Positions 38,226 to 48,126 of a stretch of 64,000 nucleotides of DNA are shown in pieces. Every line of letters begins with the position of its first letter. Positions within the stretch are counted from its first letter, which is position 1. The notes under the pieces are model-generated. The model saw only the letters and a program-made list of their open reading frames with translations, did no database searches and was not told the DNA's origin. The DNA lies in IMG/VR virus record IMGVR_UViG_3300037321_000115, one strand, 5' to 3'. Made by a program: the position numbers and the translations under genes. The DNA comes from a virus. Lineage: Duplodnaviria; Heunggongvirae; Uroviricota; Caudoviricetes.

Positions 38226-38784
38226 TGTATGCCTCCTCTAAATTTTGAATCATTATATGTGCTTGTTGTGCAATGTCGTCGATGTGTATTGGCTTGTATC
38301 CTGTCCTCTCAACACAGACGTTTATGTATTGGTCAGGTGGAGGATCGTTACTGTGAATGTGTCCGACCAGATTAATCAACGGGCGCATCTTTCTATGGTT
38401 CCACAGATTGTGAGGGTGCAATGGTCTATGACTGGCAATGAACATATGATCATCAAACCTTCGACTCTCTAAAATCTTTTGAATTTTAGGCAACGATGAC
38501 ATCAACTTAATATCATCATGGTTGCCGACTACCAATCGAATCCTTCCCTGTAACTGATTCAATATTGAATCAGTGAACTTTTGCTTGTCAAATGCAATGT
38601 CTCCAAGATGATATACAATATCGCCTGGTTTGATCGATGCGTTCCACATTTCAATCATGTAGTTGTCCATCTCAGCGACATCAGCAAAGCCAGGACGAAC
38701 AAGATTTCCGTCCTTGTCGGTAAACTTCAAAATACTCGATTGTCCAAAATGGTGGTCGCTGAAGAACCAAATGTCCCTGCTCAT
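38209..38784 (-). CDS. Calcineurin-like metallophosphoesterase
   Basis: From MSRDIWFFSDHHFG behind an AAGGAGAGATT RBS. GDIAFD and VVGNHDD motifs. Confidence 0.7.
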   Translation of the reverse strand: MSRDIWFFSDHHFGQSSILKFTDKDGNLVRPGFADVAEMDNYMIEMWNASIKPGDIVYHLGDIAFDKQKFTDSILNQLQGRIRLVVGNHDDIKLMSSLPKIQKILESRRFDDHMFIASHRPLHPHNLWNHRKMRPLINLVGHIHSNDPPPDQYINVCVERTGYKPIHIDDIAQQAHIMIQNLEEAYNEQIT

Positions 38785-38828
38785 AATCTCTCCTTGTCTG
38801 TGTTCAAAACATTTTACATTATTGTCTT

Positions 38829-39944
38829 TCACACCACAAGAGTTAATTTTTCTTGTGCACGTGTAATCCCTGTGTAAAGCCATCTGTATTGATCGTCACG
38901 AAACACGTACGATTCAGACCCATACACAAGGACGTTGCCCCATTGGCTACCTTGAGCTCTGTGTGTCGTAATGCAGTATGCGTAGTCCATACTTTGCGAT
39001 CCTTTGAGTAGTTTCCAGTTTGGTACAGGGACGTCTGATACGAAGAAACTGTTGTGGACTTTGATAGTGAATGGCTGACGATCCTCATCGTCCTCTGAAT
39101 TCACCATATAGGAGCTGAATTGGGTCTTGTATTTGTTCTGAATTGGCTCGAGCACTGTAAACATTCCACCGTTGAAAATGGCAAGATCGCGATCATTTTT
39201 TAGGCAGATCAGTTTTTCTTTAGCAGAAGGCATGTCAGACGTAAACTTCAACATTTTTCTCATCTTGCGATTCAAATCTTCTCGTGTAACATTTCGCCCA
39301 ACAAGGATCTGATCAGCATCAAGTGCATCAGAGGACGAGATCTTTGAGACGACTCTGCAATCGCCATATGTTCCGATGTCAGGCATCTGCCCTGACCTTG
39401 CAATTGTAGCAAGATGAATAATAGGACTGTCCTTAGCCTGCCTGTGGATCTCTGTCAACATAACATCAGGTTTACGTGATGTGAAGAAGCCTGCTCCATC
39501 GACAGGAGGCAACTGCTCTGGATCGCCGAGAACAAGAATCGGAACTCCAAAAGACAGCAGATCCTTGCCAATCTCCTCGTTGACCATCGAACATTCGTCA
39601 ATGATTAACAGGTCCGCATCAGCCAACGCACTCTGCTTGTTTAGCCTGAATGTGAGTGCACCTGTCGTCTTATGCTGTTCTGCAATGTAGATCAGACTGT
39701 GTATTGTCCTCGCACCTTCACACCCTGCTTTGCGCATGACAAGAGACGCTTTGCCTGTAAAGGCTGCGAAAACAGGCGTATCAATCCCTTCAGCAAAGTG
39801 CCTTGCCAGTGTCGTTTTTCCCGTTCCCGCAAAACCTTGCAGAGAAAACCAAGGTTTTACTGATCTTTTATTTGGGGCCGATTTGTATTCCATGAACCAC
39901 CTATTTACATCAACGAGCGCTGCTTTTTGTTGATCATTCCACAT
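38829..39944 (-). CDS. dda: Dda-like SF1 (RecD-family) DNA helicase
   Basis: 371 aa. Walker A LQGFAGTGKTTL, Walker B LLIIDECSMV. Size and layout of T4 Dda. Confidence 0.85.
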   Translation of the reverse strand: MWNDQQKAALVDVNRWFMEYKSAPNKRSVKPWFSLQGFAGTGKTTLARHFAEGIDTPVFAAFTGKASLVMRKAGCEGARTIHSLIYIAEQHKTTGALTFRLNKQSALADADLLIIDECSMVNEEIGKDLLSFGVPILVLGDPEQLPPVDGAGFFTSRKPDVMLTEIHRQAKDSPIIHLATIARSGQMPDIGTYGDCRVVSKISSSDALDADQILVGRNVTREDLNRKMRKMLKFTSDMPSAKEKLICLKNDRDLAIFNGGMFTVLEPIQNKYKTQFSSYMVNSEDDEDRQPFTIKVHNSFFVSDVPVPNWKLLKGSQSMDYAYCITTHRAQGSQWGNVLVYGSESYVFRDDQYRWLYTGITRAQEKLTLVV

Positions 39945-40051
39945 AATACTCTTTCACATTTTTTCAGTTTGAACACACCTCTACTTATAAGTAGAGGTGT
40001 GTTGTGTTACACACATAATTACTTTATCAATTGTGATTATACCACATCAAA

Positions 40052-40306
40052 TCAGAAATCTTTCGGCTCTTTTTCGTAGGCGATGTCACTTAATTCCTTG
40101 GCAGCCATTTTTGCATCTGTCTGCATGCCGTCTGTCGAATATCCTAAGATCTCCGCACACACCACACGTGCGTATGTCTCAGACAAAAATGTAGTATGAT
40201 CTAAGGATCCGCTGTCAATCCGCGCGAGGATATCCATCACCATCTGAGTGACAAACGTCTCAGGCTTCTGCAATTCTTTGGTCATGTTTTCATTCCTCCC
40301 CATCAA
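40052..40306 (-). CDS. Hypothetical acidic protein
   Basis: 84-aa ORF. Confidence 0.3.
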   Translation of the reverse strand: MMGRNENMTKELQKPETFVTQMVMDILARIDSGSLDHTTFLSETYARVVCAEILGYSTDGMQTDAKMAAKELSDIAYEKEPKDF

Positions 40307-40658
40307 CAGGTTCGCTATTTACATCAATCATAAATTCTGATGTTTCCATAGCAGATTCTGCCAATTCAAGAGTAGAAAACCCAATCATTTCAAGAGCAGC
40401 CATTCTCCCATAGGTGTCAGCCAAAAGTGTATCTTCGTCCAATGTGCCGTTTTCGAGCAAGTTCATGATCTCCTCGAGGACAGTTCCTGCGTTGGTATTG
40501 ATCAGATCAGCGCGCGCATCCTCTTCAGTGGCGTACTCGCTCTGTCCCGAGCAATCTTCGACGTTTTGTGTTTGATCTTCCATTACTTTTCTCCGATTTG
40601 TTTTTTGTGTGGAAAGCGTGTCAGTAGATGGAGTGGTGATAGTGTTTGCCATCACCAC
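40290..40658 (-). CDS. Hypothetical acidic protein
   Basis: 122-aa ORF, very acidic. Confidence 0.35.
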   Translation of the reverse strand: MVMANTITTPSTDTLSTQKTNRRKVMEDQTQNVEDCSGQSEYATEEDARADLINTNAGTVLEEIMNLLENGTLDEDTLLADTYGRMAALEMIGFSTLELAESAMETSEFMIDVNSEPVDGEE

Positions 40659-40666
40659 TCTTTTTC

Positions 40667-41065
40667 TTATGCCAGAGCTTCGATTTCCCGTTGAATTTCT
40701 TCGATGGTTTTGCTTTCAAGAGCATCGTCGTTTTTCTTAGCCAACAACGCAAGTAACTTCTCTTTGCGCATTGCATTGGTCTTTTTCTCGAGGCTTGCTG
40801 AATTCTCTGCCTGCTTTACGGAGATGATGTACTTAACCAGTTCGAGCTTGAACTCGTTTTGTGTCTTTTTCGCATTGATAGACATGGACACAAAGTCATC
40901 TTCGTCTTGCGATTTCAAGACACGATTGATTTCTTTTGCTACGTCGTTCAGGTTTGCACCACGCTGTGAGGTCAGTGGCAGGTCCCAAAGATCTGTTACA
41001 CTGATGAGGCCAACACTTGTCGCAAAAGTATATTTACTACGTGTTGCACGTTCAAACATATTCAT
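40667..41065 (-). CDS. Hypothetical protein
   Basis: 132-aa ORF. Confidence 0.4.
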   Translation of the reverse strand: MNMFERATRSKYTFATSVGLISVTDLWDLPLTSQRGANLNDVAKEINRVLKSQDEDDFVSMSINAKKTQNEFKLELVKYIISVKQAENSASLEKKTNAMRKEKLLALLAKKNDDALESKTIEEIQREIEALA

Positions 41066-41076
41066 ATTTTTTATCC

Positions 41077-43095
41077 TTAAAAGTTGATTTCATATAGTTG
41101 GTTAAGTGTACTACCTTTAGCGTGAACGACAACAGCATCTTTCTTTGTAGACGAGAATCCCACTCCGCTCATCTGATCCGTCGTGTGCTCACATTTTAAT
41201 TTGTCTGCAAGGATCTCGAATACCTTTCGGTGCTTTGTAAGATCGCCACGGAGCTGCTCGTTGTAGAATCCGCGTGTTGCGTCAGGGTTTACACACTGAT
41301 CAAGTACAAAGAACCAATGCTTGTTCCCTACACCATCGTCTTCCATGTAGTTTGGACTTGTAACGATGGTGTTGACTTTGACGAACATTTCTGTTTTGAG
41401 GTTCCAGATGTCCTTGGCCGAAGAGTTTTCTACTACACCAGCGAGCTTTTCGATTTTCATCACTTTGCCGTCTCGAACATCAATTTCGATAGTTTGCACC
41501 ATCCCATGGACAGGTTTAGCATAAGAGAATTCATACAGTATCCCATCCGACTCTACTTCAAGATTGAAGCCAACATCTACACGTTCGCGAACTGTGTAAT
41601 TCTTCACCGAAACAGTATACGTCCCGTCTGCAGGCGTTGACAGCCAGCGAACATTTTCTACAGCATCACGAACAGGCCGGCTAACATTCATGTCTACATC
41701 AAGTTTGCCAGACCTGTTACTAAAGTTGATGGTGTTACCATCAGGCTCTCTTACATGAATGTCCAAGTCGTCCGTGTTGAACCAATTGAGACTTACACGT
41801 AGTTGGGCATCAACATTGCCACCTGCACGCTTTACCTTTTCTTTCATGGAGTCGGCCACATTGCCGTTATAGGACCATGAAAAACCGTTGTTCCATTTAA
41901 ACAGTTTGGGGGCATCTTCGTTGATTGGAGCAGTCAGACTCATCAAATTGCCTGACATTGTGTTTTTCATCTGAAGTTCTACAGATTCTGTACGAGGGAG
42001 AACAGTCTCAAGGAAGTCTTCAATAGTGATCTTGGTTGCACGGTCTGTCGACATCTTCTTTGTTTTTACCTCCTCCATAAGCAATTGAGTGAGACCACTG
42101 TCTTTCATCAGACTTCGCGATTGGTTATCGACAAAAAGCACATCATTCACACTTACATCAGCAAGGATTGCGAAGCGGCGCTGTAGACTGTCTGCAATTC
42201 CCAAATCATCAACCGTCTTCATTGCATCTTTAATCATGTTAGGTGTAATGAGTGATGTCGTCCGTTTGTAATTGTCCGGCGCGACTTTGGATTCGAACAT
42301 CCGGACTGCCGACTCCAGTTCGACATCGTTGGACAGGTCTTGAACCAAAGTTCCAATAGCAGTGTTGCGAAAACGCGATGCAAAGCTGGACAAGTTTTCC
42401 CAGACGAACGTTGCTCTTGCATTGTCAGAGTTCAATTTGCTATATGCAGCTTTCAGTTTTTTGAACTCGGACACGATTGATGTGAATTCTTCACCACGAT
42501 AAATGCTGTTGGAATTGATCAGATCCAAAACCGAATCGACTGCCGACAGTCTTAGCTCGTCAAGACCACGACGGAACACCTGAGCGTTCGAATTTGCTTC
42601 AGAGATCAAGGTGGGACCATTATCAGACACAAATCTTGGCTTCAACTTAGCTTCGAAGTGATGCCACTCGATCACCCGTTTGTCTTCAAGCTGTTGAAAA
42701 CTTGTTTCTTGACCATAATGCGATTCAGACTTGTGGAAAATCGTGTGGACATTACTTGCCTGTACCATCTCAAACATTGCTTGTGCAACTTTGTTGTATG
42801 GATATGGAGCGTCACGCACCGCAACGTCCCAAACAGTTGTGACTGCTAGATCTTTAATAGAAACCACGTTTGCGATGTTACGAATAAATTGCTTGCAGCA
42901 ATTACAATCGTGTTCGGTCCGTTCTTTGTACATCGGATCCGTTCCTTCTGGGAACGACGACAGGTACGTGTCCCACAGAACGTCTGTGGAGATGTCTGTG
43001 ACGTGTAGTTCTCCCTCCGACATTTTATCAAATTGGTCACGTACAAGACTCGAAAAGATTAAAAAGTTTGTCATTAAGTTCCTCATTGTTTTCAT
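41077..43095 (-). CDS. Large conserved hypothetical protein (672 aa)
   Basis: Long uninterrupted ORF with a Cys cluster HDCNCC near the N-terminus. No assignable catalytic motif. Confidence 0.5.
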   Translation of the reverse strand: MKTMRNLMTNFLIFSSLVRDQFDKMSEGELHVTDISTDVLWDTYLSSFPEGTDPMYKERTEHDCNCCKQFIRNIANVVSIKDLAVTTVWDVAVRDAPYPYNKVAQAMFEMVQASNVHTIFHKSESHYGQETSFQQLEDKRVIEWHHFEAKLKPRFVSDNGPTLISEANSNAQVFRRGLDELRLSAVDSVLDLINSNSIYRGEEFTSIVSEFKKLKAAYSKLNSDNARATFVWENLSSFASRFRNTAIGTLVQDLSNDVELESAVRMFESKVAPDNYKRTTSLITPNMIKDAMKTVDDLGIADSLQRRFAILADVSVNDVLFVDNQSRSLMKDSGLTQLLMEEVKTKKMSTDRATKITIEDFLETVLPRTESVELQMKNTMSGNLMSLTAPINEDAPKLFKWNNGFSWSYNGNVADSMKEKVKRAGGNVDAQLRVSLNWFNTDDLDIHVREPDGNTINFSNRSGKLDVDMNVSRPVRDAVENVRWLSTPADGTYTVSVKNYTVRERVDVGFNLEVESDGILYEFSYAKPVHGMVQTIEIDVRDGKVMKIEKLAGVVENSSAKDIWNLKTEMFVKVNTIVTSPNYMEDDGVGNKHWFFVLDQCVNPDATRGFYNEQLRGDLTKHRKVFEILADKLKCEHTTDQMSGVGFSSTKKDAVVVHAKGSTLNQLYEINF

Positions 43096-43151
43096 AATTA
43101 AAACGCAGGTTGCTGCTCATACAACATAGCTGACTAGACGTGTAATGTGAA

Positions 43152-43421
43152 CTACAATCCCTCAAAAATGTCGAAAAGTGTGAGGATACATGCAAAAATA
43201 AAACCAATTGATAGGACGAGTCGCAGCAACAACCAGGTAAACGGATTTGCTATAGGAAAGCTCCACACTACTATTGAAATGAAGATAAGGAGCACCAGGA
43301 TTATGGCAGTTATGACAGCAACAGATGACATCCACAGTTTTAGAAACTCCAATACTTTATTCATCCTCATCACCCCATTGATCAAAATAATCAAGAGGCG
43401 TGGTTCCAGAAACGTGTGCAC
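43152..43421 (-). CDS. Hypothetical membrane protein
   Basis: 89 aa, 2-3 TM helices. Confidence 0.35.
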   Translation of the reverse strand: MHTFLEPRLLIILINGVMRMNKVLEFLKLWMSSVAVITAIILVLLIFISIVVWSFPIANPFTWLLLRLVLSIGFIFACILTLFDIFEGL

Positions 43422-43499
43422 CTAGTACAGTAAACATCTCAGTAATTGTATTTTCGCTTAGCTTTACTTCCGTTACGGTTGGTTTGCTGTCCATGTGAT

Positions 43500-43754
43500 T
43501 CATCTTTCTTCGAGGTCTGGGTTAAACAACCCAATATTGGCAACGATATAATCAAGTACTGCATCTTCTGGTGCAGCATAATCAAAATTGTCATCACAAT
43601 CAGACAGCTCCTGTGCAATATCTTCAAACTCCGAATTTGACAACGCTTCGAGAATGTTCATTGCATTGTCTGTCACTATATTTTGATTGTAATACGCATC
43701 TACAGCAATCGCATTGCCGTCCAATTTGTGTCCATTCACAGTGTTCTCCATCAT
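43500..43754 (-). CDS. Hypothetical acidic protein
   Basis: 84-aa ORF. Confidence 0.3.
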   Translation of the reverse strand: MMENTVNGHKLDGNAIAVDAYYNQNIVTDNAMNILEALSNSEFEDIAQELSDCDDNFDYAAPEDAVLDYIVANIGLFNPDLEER

Positions 43755-43957
43755 TTCGTGTAAGTGGTTTTAGTAAACAGAGAGCCGATCACAAATGCAG
43801 CCAACCAAGTCTCTAATGTAAACGGGATGGCAGCAATCGGAAATAGAATGTTCACTGCCCAGATCAGTACAAACGGCACGAACGTAACCATAAGAACAAA
43901 CAGTAGTCCTAAAAGTAGTTTCATATTATTCTCCATTAAAGTTTTGACACAACCCAA
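43751..43957 (-). CDS. Hypothetical membrane protein
   Basis: 68 aa, 2 TM helices. Confidence 0.35.
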   Translation of the reverse strand: MGCVKTLMENNMKLLLGLLFVLMVTFVPFVLIWAVNILFPIAAIPFTLETWLAAFVIGSLFTKTTYTK

Positions 43958-44385
43958 GCTGATGTCACATATTTGTTAAGGTGAGGGAATTTGTCAATTG
44001 CAACAGGCTTCATTGTATGATTGTCAGCGGCATATCCATAATGACTTGCAATCATATGGCAGAAATCTTTGGAATCCTCAACTTGAATCATGAGAGGCAT
44101 GCCCTTCTCCCATGATGTACGACCTTCGAGAAATTTCTTGAGCCTGGGGGCATCGTTGTATCGGCTGCCGAGATCGACCCTCTCGCCTTTATATCCCTGT
44201 TCTCTGAGCATCAACAGCGCCTCTGCAGCGTACACGCCCTTAACCTCTTTCAAGGCCTTGTCTTGAATAAACGCGGCACGAGAGTGAGAATGGATCAGAG
44301 GAATCCCAGAAAGAAAACTGATCGCGGTTGGGACACACCAAGATGTGAGTGTGTCCCAACCTGTTGAATCAATCGTATGTAGCAT
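43936..44385 (-). CDS. Hypothetical protein with a Cys...His pair (possible papain-like peptidase)
   Basis: 149 aa. SWCVPTAISF and FCHMIASHYGY. Weak. Confidence 0.3.
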   Translation of the reverse strand: MLHTIDSTGWDTLTSWCVPTAISFLSGIPLIHSHSRAAFIQDKALKEVKGVYAAEALLMLREQGYKGERVDLGSRYNDAPRLKKFLEGRTSWEKGMPLMIQVEDSKDFCHMIASHYGYAADNHTMKPVAIDKFPHLNKYVTSAWVVSKL

Positions 44386-44446
44386 GTCAATTTCTCCACC
44401 GCTTCTACACTACAAGCTATATATCACCTACCGTTTGGTGTCAACC

Positions 44447-45286
44447 TTATGCAAGAGACTTTGTTGTCCCTTGACCAATTGCACGGCCCAGATTGACCCT
44501 ATCACCTGCTGTTCGACCTGCACCGTGTGCAGTGCCGTTTGATGAGCGGGAGTGCGTATACACAGAACGGACTCGGGGATGTGCTTTAGCGAATTCAGAC
44601 GAAACTTCTTTTGCTTTTTGTTCCGCAATCTCTGAGACTACAAGTGCTGTAGATGTTGCTGTTGCCTCATTCTCGATCATCTGCTGTTTTGCTTTTACTT
44701 TATTTGATTCGCGAGTCGCAGTGCGCTCTGCTACCATTTCTTTAAGTCGACAATTGACACGGTATGACATGGCGTTGGTAAACGATGTTTTTGCTCCATA
44801 TCCTACTGCAGGTGTATTCCGCCGATATGAATCGTACTCGCGGTCAAGGGCCTCTTTAATCACCGCAACAAGAAAATCTGCAAGCGCAACATCTGGACGG
44901 TGACCTGTGAACGTCGCTGTTCCTGCCCATTTAGAATATACCGCTTGCGTCTCAGTGAAGGCTGCGATTCCAGTTAGACAGTTGAGGACTTTGTGAAGCT
45001 GTTTCTTGCCTTTGCGAATGGAAGTGTCAGCTTCTTTTGTGATCACATCTAGCTTGATTTCGCCTGAGGCCTCTGCAATCGCGAGCTCTGCTTCCTCGAT
45101 GTTGTACGAATCCATTAGCTTCTCACACATAATAAACGCTGTGTTCATTTCTGCTTCGGACGAACCAGAATCTTCTGCTCTTGCTCGCAGATTCAGAACA
45201 CGTTGAAGCATCTTGGTACGAGCATCTGTTTTTTGAATTTCAATCACATCTGGCATTTTGCATATCCTATGCTTTGTTGATAACAC
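44447..45286 (-). CDS. DUF2786-like N-terminal domain protein
   Basis: 279 aa. KMLQRVLNLRARAEDSGSSEAEMNTAFIMCEKLMDSYNI fits the DUF2786 helix-pair pattern. Confidence 0.45.
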   Translation of the reverse strand: MLSTKHRICKMPDVIEIQKTDARTKMLQRVLNLRARAEDSGSSEAEMNTAFIMCEKLMDSYNIEEAELAIAEASGEIKLDVITKEADTSIRKGKKQLHKVLNCLTGIAAFTETQAVYSKWAGTATFTGHRPDVALADFLVAVIKEALDREYDSYRRNTPAVGYGAKTSFTNAMSYRVNCRLKEMVAERTATRESNKVKAKQQMIENEATATSTALVVSEIAEQKAKEVSSEFAKAHPRVRSVYTHSRSSNGTAHGAGRTAGDRVNLGRAIGQGTTKSLA

Positions 45287-45312
45287 GTTTTTATGCTATT
45301 CGGATCTACATG

Positions 45313-45708
45313 TCAAGTGTTATTTGCACATCTAAGAGCATTTTGTTGATGGATCATGGCAAATGTAGCCCTTAAAATAGTGTGCCTGAATTTAGCCTGG
45401 TGGTGTGGCGTCTCGATGTTGAAGTTGATGGTACGTGATAGGACAAGGGTATCAAGGACCTTCTGAGGGTCCAGCTTGGTGTCTAGCCACTTGTTTAAGA
45501 GGGGAAGACCATACGAAATGAAGTTATGACCAACCATCTTATCTAGTGATAGATGCCACTCTGTAGCTGCCTTACGGGCAACCAAGTCAGTGTGGATATT
45601 ATCGAACTTGAATGCCTCACCAGTACACGCCATCTTGCCACCAACGAGCCAAATACTATCTGGGTTATCAATAGCATTAGTTTCGACGTCACAAAATGCA
45701 AGTCTCAC
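45313..45708 (-). CDS. DnaQ-like 3'-5' exonuclease fragment (Exo I/II motifs only; possibly truncated)
   Basis: 131 aa. FCDVETNAID (Exo I DxE) and GHNFISYGLPLL (Exo II-like). No Exo III. Confidence 0.3.
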   Translation of the reverse strand: MRLAFCDVETNAIDNPDSIWLVGGKMACTGEAFKFDNIHTDLVARKAATEWHLSLDKMVGHNFISYGLPLLNKWLDTKLDPQKVLDTLVLSRTINFNIETPHHQAKFRHTILRATFAMIHQQNALRCANNT

Positions 45709-45989
45709 ACTTGCTCCTTGTATTAGACTGTGGTAATACCCGGCACGAAGGGGTGTCTGTTCATGTCGTCAACTTCTGGTACACACGGGCAGAATAGTCA
45801 TTACCGGCGTCAACAATCGCGTTTTCAACTGTGGCCACTGTCGCATCGGGGTTTTCGGCAATCCATTCCTCGATGAGATCGTTAATCTCGTGGTTAAGGT
45901 CAGTCTGTAGTGCGTGTTGCATTTTGTCATACTCCATTGTTAAATTAATCGCCCCAGCGGCAAGTCATTGGCTGCGGCGCTTGCTCCTA

Positions 45990-46238
45990 TTAAGTAAGGT
46001 CAGCGCGAATAAAACGCCCGTCCAAGAAGTCACGTGCCACGCGCACCCAAATAGGTGCGTCCTTGCGATCCTCACGGTAAATAACAACAGGTTCATGCCC
46101 GCCCTCAGACAGAGCAACTTGCATCGCGATGTGGACACCGCCGCTTTTGCTGTGCCGCCATCGCGAACCTGTCGGAACGGCCTCAGTCGCTGGGCGCACC
46201 ATTTCGGAAAGTTGTTCGTCGGTTAAATATTTGGCCAT
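45990..46238 (-). CDS. DUF1653-family protein
   Basis: 82 aa. SRWRHSKSGGVH...EGGHEPVVIY...IWVR fits the DUF1653 pattern (GxYRHYKG...YxV...E). Confidence 0.5.
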   Translation of the reverse strand: MAKYLTDEQLSEMVRPATEAVPTGSRWRHSKSGGVHIAMQVALSEGGHEPVVIYREDRKDAPIWVRVARDFLDGRFIRADLT

Positions 46239-46398
46239 GTCTTTTCTCCCTTATGAATTGTTCGATTTTGCCTTCGGTCGCCCCAGTGGCGTATGCCTCG
46301 ACCTGTGCAGCCACCTTTGCAGCGTACACCACTGGCACCCACCCCGCAGGTAGCGCTTTAAACCCTGCGGCGCTTGCGGCGGTTGCGCTCTGCTGCGG

Positions 46399-46875
46399 TC
46401 ATGGCTTGGCGTCCGTGTCGCAGTAGGCTTTTAGCTTTTCAAGTACAAAGGTCATGTCACATGCGCTTTCGAAGTATGTTTCGCACGAATCCGCCATTGC
46501 ATCCGCCGCCTGCACTCGCTTGCGCAGTGCGGCAACCTCAGCCTTTGCCTCGCGTTCCCGCTTATTGACTCGCATGTTGGTGGTAAGCATATGATCAGCA
46601 AATGCCTTCACTCGTTCTAGCTTTCGCTTCCATCGACCCGCGTTGTTGTATGCGACACTCTCGGCTTGTTGCGTTCTGCGGTTAAGTGAGCGGTTAGTTT
46701 CCCGCAGCTTGGCAATCTCGGCCTGTGCGACTTGGATGGTGGCATCTGCATCTTCGCGGTTGTAATAATCGCCAAATTCATCCTCCTCCATTTGACCGTA
46801 TGCGTCACAACCCCCGTCTACGGCGTATGGGCTAAAGCGTTGCAATTCCGGCGCGTCTGTCTGCTCAATCGTCAT
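46399..46875 (-). CDS. Hypothetical coiled-coil protein, paralogue of 46872-47228
   Basis: 158 aa. Shares TDAPE and AQAEIAKLR segments with the neighbouring ORF. Confidence 0.4.
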   Translation of the reverse strand: MTIEQTDAPELQRFSPYAVDGGCDAYGQMEEDEFGDYYNREDADATIQVAQAEIAKLRETNRSLNRRTQQAESVAYNNAGRWKRKLERVKAFADHMLTTNMRVNKREREAKAEVAALRKRVQAADAMADSCETYFESACDMTFVLEKLKAYCDTDAKP

Positions 46876-47228
46876 CGCTGTATTCCTTCAATGTCTTCCA
46901 CCTGCTTGCGCAGCTTGGCAATCTCGGCCTGCGCGGCGTCTAGTGCGTCCTCTAGATCGCGAGCCAGCACGGACTTGCCGTCCTTGCCGATGTAGCGGTA
47001 GCCTTGTGACGCCCGCCAATCGCTTAAGATGTCGGCGCGTATGTATTCAACCGGAGCGCCGACCATCCCGTCTGGCAGTTGCTGCGCGTATACGTCGCCA
47101 AGCGTTTGCGCTGACATATTGTCAGCCTCTGTGACTGCCCAAATCCGTTCCGGCGCGTCTGTCTGCGCGTCCGGCATGTCTCGTTCGTGCTCCATTGGGC
47201 TGCGGCGGCTGTTTGGAATGTCAATCAT
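46872..47228 (-). CDS. Hypothetical coiled-coil protein, paralogue of 46399-46875
   Basis: 118 aa. TDAPERIW ... AAQAEIAKLRKQVE. Confidence 0.4.
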   Translation of the reverse strand: MIDIPNSRRSPMEHERDMPDAQTDAPERIWAVTEADNMSAQTLGDVYAQQLPDGMVGAPVEYIRADILSDWRASQGYRYIGKDGKSVLARDLEDALDAAQAEIAKLRKQVEDIEGIQR

Positions 47229-47660
47229 GTTCTGTCTCCTGTGGCAGTGGGTTCTATTCGCGCTTTTCGCTTTTCAATACATCGGATGGCCGCAAACGCT
47301 CGTTCCGTGCCTGCGTACATTTCCGAGATACGATGCAACCTTTCCATTCGGTTTTGGGCATCGTTGATGTAGTCCTGTGCGGCGCTCATTTGCGCACCGG
47401 CTTTCCTGCTTTTTTCATCAAGCGCAAGAATGTTTTTTCACACTCGGCTGCTGCTGCGATCTGCTCTTTTGTGTATGCTGGGTTTGTCATTGTCATTCTC
47501 CGGTGTGTGCTTCTTTGCTATGCATTACTTATAGCGTGACGCGACACAGACCACAAGCATAATCGGCAAGCGAAACGAATTAATTTGTGCCCTCTACGTC
47601 AAATGCGCCTGTTTCATGGTATCAATTACAACTTCCAATGGCACCGCTGCCACTAACTTC

Positions 47661-47707
47661 AACTGTATACTCAATCATCTTACTTCTCCTTTAGTACATA
47701 AGTAATA
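47661..47707. repeat. 47-nt direct repeat, copy A, just downstream of the MORN gene
   Basis: aactgtatactcaatcatcttacttctcctttagtacataagtaata. 45 of 47 positions identical to copy B at 48109-48155. Contains the RBS, the ATG and the first 5 codons (MIEYTV) of the MORN gene. Confidence 0.8.
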
Positions 47708-48126
47708 CCATCAATTACTACCTCTTTACCATTACAACTAGGCTTCTTGGGTGAAGTAGCAGCTTTATGTTCTGCTTCTGTTAGTAGCTTACCGTTAAGA
47801 TACCAATACTTATCGCCATTGCTATGCTCAATAGCTGGTCCCCCTTCTCGGTGTAGCTTACCGTTGAGATACCAAGACTTATAACCATTGATGTACTCAA
47901 CAGCAGGTCCATCTTCTCGGTGTTGCTCATCGTTAAGGTACCACCACTTAGAACCATTGGCCCACTCAATAGCAGGGCCATCTTCTCGGTGTAGCTTACC
48001 GTTAAGGTACCAGAACTTAGTGCCATTGCTATGCTCAACAGCAGGGCCATCTTCTCGGTGTAGGTTACCATTAAGGTACCAATACTTATCACCGGTGTCA
48101 TTAACTTTAACTGTATACTCAATCAT
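47680..48126 (-). CDS. MORN-repeat protein: five or more 23-aa units of (N/D)G.K.WYLNGKLHREDGPAIE
   Basis: 148 aa. The DNA shows matching 69-bp tandem units. RBS AAAGGAGAA. Confidence 0.65.
   Translation of the reverse strand: MIEYTVKVNDTGDKYWYLNGNLHREDGPAVEHSNGTKFWYLNGKLHREDGPAIEWANGSKWWYLNDEQHREDGPAVEYINGYKSWYLNGKLHREGGPAIEHSNGDKYWYLNGKLLTEAEHKAATSPKKPSCNGKEVVIDGITYVLKEK

Larger units (their letters stand above)
45780..47570. other. High-GC island of about 1.8 kb, visibly GC-richer than the rest of the window. Packed with small minus-strand ORFs.
   Basis: Runs of gcgc/ccgc and GC-rich codons. Contains a DUF1653 gene and two paralogous coiled-coil ORFs. Confidence 0.7.

Noticed and set aside
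47680-48126. Regularly spaced 69-bp repeats could be mistaken for a CRISPR array
   Set aside because: They are in-frame coding repeats of a MORN-repeat protein, with no spacer-like variable segments and no cas genes. The tandem repeats in gene 22 are likewise coding.
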